Assembly: GCA_013043705.1 (NCBI GenBank)
Contig: JABDNS010000016.1
Location: 10,739-74,738, forward strand
DNA length: 64,000 nt
Source of the DNA: Pseudomonadales bacterium
GTDB taxonomy: Bacteria > Pseudomonadota > Gammaproteobacteria > Pseudomonadales > UBA7434
Direction of reading: 5' to 3'
The notes beneath the pieces were generated by a model. It was not told the origin of the DNA, ran no database searches, and was given only the letters and a program-made list of their open reading frames with translations. Positions 58,031 through 64,000 of this stretch are shown in pieces. Within the stretch, counting starts at the first letter, position 1, and every line of letters starts with the position of its first letter. The position numbers were made by a program, and so were the translations under genes.

Positions 58031-58071
58031 GGGACAGCTTACTTTTCGCGTAGCGAAAAGTAAGCTGTCCC
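58031..58071. repeat. REP hairpin, C-type arms, 19-bp stem, loop gta
   Basis: gggacagcttacttttcgc-gta-gcgaaaagtaagctgtccc. It starts immediately after the ygiQ TAA. Confidence 0.92.
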
Positions 58072-58092
58072 TTTGTCTTTCCCTGGCTGTTT

Positions 58093-59073
58093 TTAAGGTA
58101 GCAAATGGGCGACGGCGTCGCGTTCTTCGCAAAGCTCTTTTTCGGTGGCTTTCATTTTTGCCTGGCTGAAGTCATTTATTTTCAGGCCTTGCACGATTTC
58201 CCAGTCGCCGTTTTTGCAAGTAACCGGGAACGAGTAGATCAGGCCTTTCTCGATGCCGTAGCTACCATCGCTGTAAACGCCCATCGAAACCCAATCATTT
58301 TTAGCTGAACCCAATGCCCAGTCGTGCATGTGGTCGATTGCAGCGTTCGCTGCAGAGGCCGCTGAGGACGCGCCGCGCGCTTTGATAATAGCGGCACCGC
58401 GCTGCTGCACAGTGGGAATGAAGTCGTTCTCGTACCAGCTTTGTTCGACCTTGCCCATTGCTTCGCCACCAGCCACTTTAGCCTGGTAGAGGTCCGGATA
58501 CTGGGTAGAGGAGTGGTTGCCCCAAATCGTCATTTGCGCCACGTCGGTAACCGCAACACCAGTTTTCTGCGCTAGCTGTGTAAGCGCGCGATTGTGATCA
58601 AGCCGGGTCATTGCGGTAAAGTTGCGCGGGTCAATTGAGGGTGCATTGCGCTGCGCAATCAAAGAATTGGTATTCGCCGGATTGCCGACTACAAGCACTT
58701 TAATATTTTTGTTCGCAGTCTTGTCGATTGCCTTGCCTTGGGCCGAAAAAATCGCCGCGTTGGCTTCAAGCAAATCTTTGCGTTCCATGCCGGGGCCGCG
58801 TGGGCGCGCGCCTACCAATAGCGCATAATCGCTATCTTTGAAGGCAACCTCGGCGTCGTCGGTGCAAACGATGCCCTGCAACAGCGGAAATGCACAATCA
58901 TCCAACTCCATTGCCACGCCTTTGAGCGCATCAAGTGCGGGGGTGATTTCAAGCAACTGCATAATTACGGGCTGGTCGTTGCCCAGCATCGCCCCGGAGG
59001 CAATGCGAAACAGTAGGCCGTAGCTGATCTGTCCGGCTGCGCCGGTAACTGTAACTCTAACCGCAGGCTTCAT
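58093..59073 (-). CDS. mdh: Malate dehydrogenase (LDH-like, 326-aa type)
   Basis: [20 protein letters not shown]-binding N-terminus, the substrate Arg region ([15 protein letters not shown]) and IWGNHS. Confidence 0.93.
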   Translation of the reverse strand: MKPAVRVTVTGAAGQISYGLLFRIASGAMLGNDQPVIMQLLEITPALDALKGVAMELDDCAFPLLQGIVCTDDAEVAFKDSDYALLVGARPRGPGMERKDLLEANAAIFSAQGKAIDKTANKNIKVLVVGNPANTNSLIAQRNAPSIDPRNFTAMTRLDHNRALTQLAQKTGVAVTDVAQMTIWGNHSSTQYPDLYQAKVAGGEAMGKVEQSWYENDFIPTVQQRGAAIIKARGASSAASAANAAIDHMHDWALGSAKNDWVSMGVYSDGSYGIEKGLIYSFPVTCKNGDWEIVQGLKINDFSQAKMKATEKELCEERDAVAHLLP

Positions 59074-59448
59074 AGCGTTTTCCTAGGTCGGTTGATATAT
59101 CTCGGTATATGTTGGTAGAAGGGTGCGTACCTATTCAGGCTGTGGCACTTTAGGCTGTGGGCACCGCCCTGACGGCGCGGCGCGAGCAGCCTTAAAAACG
59201 GGCGCCATTGTACGCGCAGCGGGCGCGATTGGCTAGATTTGGCAGCTATCCATACGCCAACATCCAGGTGGATATTGCCGCCGGCACAATCGCAGCTGCT
59301 TTTATCTTCACTGGCGCGTAAAATAGCCGCGCTCGACTTTGTTGGCCGGCCCAGGTTGCACTGGCAGGTTGCCCGGCGGCTCGCACAGGTGCCCGGTCTA
59401 TAGCGCTGCGGCGCAAAAACACGCTTTTCATTACCGTATCCAAAAACG

Positions 59449-60387
59449 ATGGACGATCTACTCTCACAAAACCAGGCGGGGCTGGCCCGGCGCGCCCCTG
59501 CTTTGAACACTGAAGCTGCCAGCGCAAGCGCTACCGCTAGCCTGACAAAGTTGCCGGGGGCGACGCTGCCGCGCGCGCGCGCAGAGTTTAACAAGCTGCA
59601 AAAACGCCTGCGCCGCAATGTGGGCAAGGCCATCGAAGACTTCAATATGATCGAAGCCGGCGACCGGCTTATGGTTTGCCTCAGTGGCGGCAAGGACTCC
59701 TATGCCATGCTGGAAGTGTTGCGCAACTTGCAGAAAAGCGCGCCCATCGATTTTGAAATTATCGCCGTCAATCTCGACCAGAAGCAGCCCGGTTTCCCCG
59801 AACATATATTGCCGGATTACCTGGCTCGAGAGGGCGTGCCGTTTCATATCCTGGAAAAGGATACCTACAGCGTTGTTAAATCGATTATTCCGGAAGGTAA
59901 AACAACTTGTGGACTATGCTCGCGTTTGCGCCGCGGCAGCCTGTACGGTTTTGCCGAGGAGATCGGTGCAACAAAAATCGCGCTTGGCCATCACCGCGAC
60001 GACATCGTTGAAACCTTGTTCCTGAATATGTTTTACGGCGGCAAGCTCAAAGCCATGCCGCCAAAGTTACTTAGCGATGACAAACGCAATATTGTTATCC
60101 GCCCGATGGCTTATTGCAAAGAGGCCGATATCGCGCGCTTTGCCGAGCACAAGCAATTCCCGATCATCCCTTGCAACCTTTGTGGCTCGCAGCAAAACCT
60201 GCAGCGACAGGCGATAAAGAAAATGTTGGCCGATTGGGAGCGGCAGCAGCCAGGCCGGATCGAGAACATTTTTCGTGCCATTGCCAACGTAGCGCCCTCA
60301 CAGTTGGCCGATGGCCAGCTATTCGACTTCAATAATCTAGCTATTGATCGCTCACTGGGTGTTATTGATGCCATCAACATTAGCTAA
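59449..60387 (+). CDS. ttcA: tRNA 2-thiocytidine(32) synthetase TtcA
   Basis: PP-loop [22 protein letters not shown]-terminal motif and CxxC pairs (CGLCSRL, CNLCGS). Confidence 0.9.
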   Translation: MDDLLSQNQAGLARRAPALNTEAASASATASLTKLPGATLPRARAEFNKLQKRLRRNVGKAIEDFNMIEAGDRLMVCLSGGKDSYAMLEVLRNLQKSAPIDFEIIAVNLDQKQPGFPEHILPDYLAREGVPFHILEKDTYSVVKSIIPEGKTTCGLCSRLRRGSLYGFAEEIGATKIALGHHRDDIVETLFLNMFYGGKLKAMPPKLLSDDKRNIVIRPMAYCKEADIARFAEHKQFPIIPCNLCGSQQNLQRQAIKKMLADWERQQPGRIENIFRAIANVAPSQLADGQLFDFNNLAIDRSLGVIDAINIS

Positions 60388-60849
60388 ATGCGAGCGCATG
60401 AAGTGATGCGCGACGTCCGGTTCTGGGAACAAAAAGCGCTTGAAGCAATGAGTGCAACCGAGTGGGAACAGCTTTGTGACCATTGTGGCCTGTGCTGCCT
60501 GGTGCGTATAGAGGATGCAGACAGCGGCGTTGTTTACGATACCAATGTTATTTGCAGGCATTATGATTGCGATAATGTGCGTTGTAATAATTATGCCGGG
60601 CGGGAATCGGTAGCGCATGGCTGCGAGGCACTAACGCCAGCAACCGTGCGCGAATACGACTGGCTGCCTAACTCCTGTGCCTACCGGGTTGTGATGCGTG
60701 GCGAGCCGCTGCCCGAGACCCATCCGCTAATGGGCGGCACTGTTGATTACAGTGTTGTTGCACAAACTTTTTTCGGAATAGGGTTGGTGCAGGATGCCGA
60801 TGATGTTGACCCGACCTGCCACCTGATTGCAACAGACGCTATCAGTTAA
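60388..60849 (+). CDS. ycgN: YcgN-family (UPF0260) cysteine-cluster protein
   Basis: FWEQKALEAMSATEWEQLCDHCGLCCL closely parallels the E. coli YcgN N-terminus. The ATG abuts the ttcA stop. Confidence 0.8.
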   Translation: MRAHEVMRDVRFWEQKALEAMSATEWEQLCDHCGLCCLVRIEDADSGVVYDTNVICRHYDCDNVRCNNYAGRESVAHGCEALTPATVREYDWLPNSCAYRVVMRGEPLPETHPLMGGTVDYSVVAQTFFGIGLVQDADDVDPTCHLIATDAIS

Positions 60850-60933
60850 CGCTGCAGCGTAAAGCGCTAGTAGTATCCTGGCGGCAGGCGTCTGGGCATG
60901 GCCATCAGTCGCTGCATGCCGATCAAATCAAAT

Positions 60934-62115
60934 TCACCGCGCGCGCACGCTTGATCCATCTTCAAGCCGTTCATCCGGATAAACTACCACCTGCTCACCT
61001 TCAGACAGTCCATCAATCACCTGAACCTCAAGACCATTGCGTTGGCCTGGTTCAAGTTCGCGCATTGACACGCGGCCACCCTCTATAACGAACGCAGACC
61101 ATTGCTGGCCGACCTTAAACACAGCGGCCTCTGGTATTGTTAGCACATCATCTTGCTGCCAAAGCAGAAATTGCGCTTCTACCCGATAGCCGTCGCCCAG
61201 CGCTTGCCATTGCTCGGGCGGCGAAAGAATGTCGACAATAATCCAGACTCGCTGTTCTTCTACGCCAAGTGCTGAAACCTTGGTAAATCCGACCGGTTCT
61301 ATGGTGCGGACTCTCGCTTCGAGGGTATCACCGCCCCAGCGCTTAAGTAATACGTCAGTACCAGGGTTGATGCGCACGGCATCGGCGCTGAGCGCGTCAA
61401 TTGCAACCTCCAGCGCCCGCGGTTCACCGAGCTCCAGCAACATAGAGCCGGCGGCAACAACACCTTCGCTTTCTTTGAATATTTTCAGGATCGCGCCACT
61501 TATCGGTGCTGCTAATGGTACGCGGTGATTGTTGTTAGCTTTTTGTCCCGAGTACTGCAGCATGGTTTTGGCTGCATCGACTTCGTAGCGCGCTACATCT
61601 ACTGTAAAACGCGCCGATTGCAGCACCGCCAACGCCCTGCGTTTTATCGATTCAGTCTCGCTCATTGCCTCGGCGGAAATGGCGCCCTTGTCGGCCAGCG
61701 GCTTCTTGCGATCGTATTCGGAGCGCGCGAAGTCAGCATCTGCTTTGGCAGCCGCAACTTGCTGCTCTGCTGAGCGAAGCGAAGCGCGTGCGGCGGACAC
61801 GCGCGCTTGCGCTTCTGCGCGACGGCGCGGGTCGAGCACATCGGAGGGAAGCGGCTCGAGCGTGGCAAGCACTTCGCCCGACGCTACTATCTTGCCGACA
61901 TCGTGGTCGATGCGATGCAGGTAGCCGGCCACCGGAGCCGAGACGATATAGCGATGCTTGACGCGCGTAACGCCCTCTTCATCTATAGTGACCCGCATCT
62001 GGGCGCGTTTGGCTACGGCGGATTCTACCAATACAGGCGCTGGCTTGAGCGACCAGTACAGTGCAGCCGCCAAGCCAAGCGCAATCCCGATGGGGATGAT
62101 TCTGTTTTTCTTCAA
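60934..62115 (-). CDS. Efflux transporter periplasmic adaptor (HlyD/MacA-type membrane fusion protein)
   Basis: N-terminal TM anchor, lipoyl/coiled-coil hairpin (Ala/Arg-rich heptads) and beta-barrel segments. The start is 5 nt after the upstream permease stop. Confidence 0.85.
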   Translation of the reverse strand: MKKNRIIPIGIALGLAAALYWSLKPAPVLVESAVAKRAQMRVTIDEEGVTRVKHRYIVSAPVAGYLHRIDHDVGKIVASGEVLATLEPLPSDVLDPRRRAEAQARVSAARASLRSAEQQVAAAKADADFARSEYDRKKPLADKGAISAEAMSETESIKRRALAVLQSARFTVDVARYEVDAAKTMLQYSGQKANNNHRVPLAAPISGAILKIFKESEGVVAAGSMLLELGEPRALEVAIDALSADAVRINPGTDVLLKRWGGDTLEARVRTIEPVGFTKVSALGVEEQRVWIIVDILSPPEQWQALGDGYRVEAQFLLWQQDDVLTIPEAAVFKVGQQWSAFVIEGGRVSMRELEPGQRNGLEVQVIDGLSEGEQVVVYPDERLEDGSSVRAR

Positions 62116-62120
62116 ATGAA

Positions 62121-64000
62121 TTACTCCCGGGTTTTCAATACGGCTACCAAATCCAGCCTGTAGACTTGCCGTAGAATGATCAGCCCTGACGCCACGGCAG
62201 ATAAAATGACAATAAACGCTGAAAAACCGTAGGTATAGGCTGTTAGTACCAGCGGCAACCTGTACAAGTCATTTTGTAGTCCGCTTGCCAGAATATCGCA
62301 GAGCAGGACGCCCAGCAAAAAGCCTGGAACCAAGCTTAACAGGGTTAGCAACGCGAGTTCACCGAGCAATGTGTAGGCGACTTCCGCACGCGTATAACCT
62401 AGCACGCGCAAGCTGGCCAGCTCCCTGGCGCGCTCGGCCATCGCTATTCGCATCGTGTTGTAAACCACGCCAAAGGCGATGATTGCGCCCAGCGCAGCGT
62501 TGATCGCGGTAAAGTAAATCACAACGCGCTCAAGCGTTTCGCTGAAGGCATCTATCAATGTTTGCCGTATATTAATTGAGCGCACAGCGGGAAAGGCTCG
62601 CAGCCTTCGGTATGTATCTTGCTGCGCGTTGGCTTCGAGTGTTAGTAGTGCTGTGTTAATGGCCGGGCCGGAATCCAGCATCCGGTTTAGTGAGCGCAGT
62701 GACATGTATACACCCGAACCGAGATATTCTGTACTCAGCGCGTCAATACGTGCGTGGCGGATTTGCCGACTTTCGCCGAGGAATTCTATCTCCAGTTTAT
62801 CGCCAACACTTGCGCCCAACTTTTCGGCAAGGTAGTCGGTGATTAAAATACCATTTGTTGGAATTGGCATAATTGCCAGCGACTCGTCGCGCAACTGGCG
62901 CAATTGCGAGTTGGAACTAAAAGCGATAATGACGCTGCGCTCTTGCCGATGCTCAAAGCGCAGTTTTACCGCCGCACTGCGCATTCCTTCTACGTAACTG
63001 ACGCCTGGTAAATTGTCGAGGCTATAAATCGCGTTGTAGGCCACCGCTTCGCTAAAGCCTATCGATAAATCTTCCTTTTGCGTGAGCTTGAACTGCACGT
63101 GCATCATTTTATCGATCGCCGCCTGCTGGAAATTTCCCACCATCATTACCGCAACAGCAGCGCTGATCCCCGCTATCGCCATCAGGCTTTTGAGGCGCTG
63201 GCGGTCGAGATTGCGCAATATCATCTTGCTAGTCTGGGAGAGTCGCGCCAGCCAGGGTATGCGCTCTGGCAAGGCTTTGCGAAACCGAGGGGGGGCTTTG
63301 GGGCGCATTGCCTCAGCCGGTGGCAGTGCGGCGGCAGCCAGCACCGGGCGCAAAGTGCCTGCGGCGCTGGCGGCAAAACACAGAGCGATTGCCAGCGCTA
63401 CCTGCAGGCGATTATTTGCGTAGGTAAGCGCAGGAAAATGATAGTACTCACCGAAAACAGCAGTCATCAGGTTGCCTAGCCCGCTTCCCAGAAGCAAGCC
63501 GAGTAGCGTCCCCAATAAAGTGATGAGCATCGTAAAGGATAAGTAATGTAGCCCGATTGTCCGGTTGCTATAGCCGAAAGCTTTCAAAATGGCGATGACT
63601 TCGCGCTGGTTTTCGATCAGCCTGCCAATTACTACATTGAGTAGAAACACCGAAACGCTGATAAATATGAGCGGAAACAGCAGTGCCATAGTGCGCAGCT
63701 GGTCAAATTCCTGGCTAAGAAATTCATTCGAGACTTGCCGTTCGCGGGTGTAAGCACCGCGGCCGCCGTAGGGCGCTAGCAGTTTATCCAGCTGGTCAAT
63801 GATCGCGCGTTCATTGGCACCACGGTTACTGGTCAACACCACACTATTGAAAGCGCCATCCATATCGTAGGCTACCGAAATGGCCGGATAGGGCATCCAT
63901 AGCACACCGTAGCGTTTATAGTCAGGCAGCAATGAGCCCGGAGCAATCTGGTAGACGTGCTCAGGAGATAGCGCCAAGCCGACAACTGTTAGGGTTTGCA
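62121..64000 (-). CDS. ABC transporter permease with FtsX-like domains (MacB/YbbP-type); 5' end outside window
   Basis: The frame stays open to the window edge. Repeated FtsX-type 4-TM modules are separated by a large periplasmic domain (LRVLGYTRAEV, ILKAFGYSNRTI). Confidence 0.85.
   Translation of the reverse strand, partial: QTLTVVGLALSPEHVYQIAPGSLLPDYKRYGVLWMPYPAISVAYDMDGAFNSVVLTSNRGANERAIIDQLDKLLAPYGGRGAYTRERQVSNEFLSQEFDQLRTMALLFPLIFISVSVFLLNVVIGRLIENQREVIAILKAFGYSNRTIGLHYLSFTMLITLLGTLLGLLLGSGLGNLMTAVFGEYYHFPALTYANNRLQVALAIALCFAASAAGTLRPVLAAAALPPAEAMRPKAPPRFRKALPERIPWLARLSQTSKMILRNLDRQRLKSLMAIAGISAAVAVMMVGNFQQAAIDKMMHVQFKLTQKEDLSIGFSEAVAYNAIYSLDNLPGVSYVEGMRSAAVKLRFEHRQERSVIIAFSSNSQLRQLRDESLAIMPIPTNGILITDYLAEKLGASVGDKLEIEFLGESRQIRHARIDALSTEYLGSGVYMSLRSLNRMLDSGPAINTALLTLEANAQQDTYRRLRAFPAVRSINIRQTLIDAFSETLERVVIYFTAINAALGAIIAFGVVYNTMRIAMAERARELASLRVLGYTRAEVAYTLLGELALLTLLSLVPGFLLGVLLCDILASGLQNDLYRLPLVLTAYTYGFSAFIVILSAVASGLIILRQVYRLDLVAVLKTRE

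Noticed and set aside
30160-58071. REP copies as a possible CRISPR array
   Set aside because: The repeats occur as inverted pairs that form hairpins. They are scattered kilobases apart in separate intergenic regions, with no regular spacer architecture and no cas genes.

Overview
This is a 64-kb chromosomal segment of a gammaproteobacterium, roughly mid-50s %GC by eye. Gene order resembles Pseudomonas/Cellvibrio-type genomes: argG-motY-pyrC-rnt, and ndk-rlmN-pilW-rodZ-hisS-yfgM-bamB-der. About 55 protein genes and one tRNA-Leu(CAG) can be supported, and most are housekeeping. They include rnr, rlmB, rnt, pyrC, argG, ispG, ndk, rlmN, hisS, der, trpS, cysI, metH, nfuA, mdh and ttcA.

Accessory or unusual content:
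1. A single RAYT (IS200-like Y1 transposase) at 30.3 kb lies between its own REP hairpins. Five more hairpins and two singlet REPs of the same family follow between 30.1 and 58.1 kb. All hairpins have conserved 16-17-nt arms. Their cores are unrelated in sequence but each is self-complementary.
2. A 5.7-kb block splits the usually adjacent rnr and rlmB. It carries nhaD, a Cys-less PTPS/QueD-like gene, an SDR, an MFS transporter and yhhQ.
3. An intact class I HMG-CoA reductase plus an SDR sit between der and trpS, in an organism that carries the MEP-pathway gene ispG.
4. ispG is displaced from its canonical rodZ-ispG-hisS slot to a REP-rich junction.
5. A thiolase / high-molecular-weight FabG / MaoC dehydratase cluster resembles the mycobacterial fadA2-fabG4-htdX arrangement. 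Here it is coupled to a transglutaminase-like gene.
6. Two long intergenic regions (4973-5491 and 49091-50111) contain intrinsic terminators that no called gene explains.

I found no CRISPR array, prophage or recognisable defence system. The REP/RAYT family is the most distinctive system here, but that class of element is already known. All calls come from reading the sequence and the ORF track, not from database searches.
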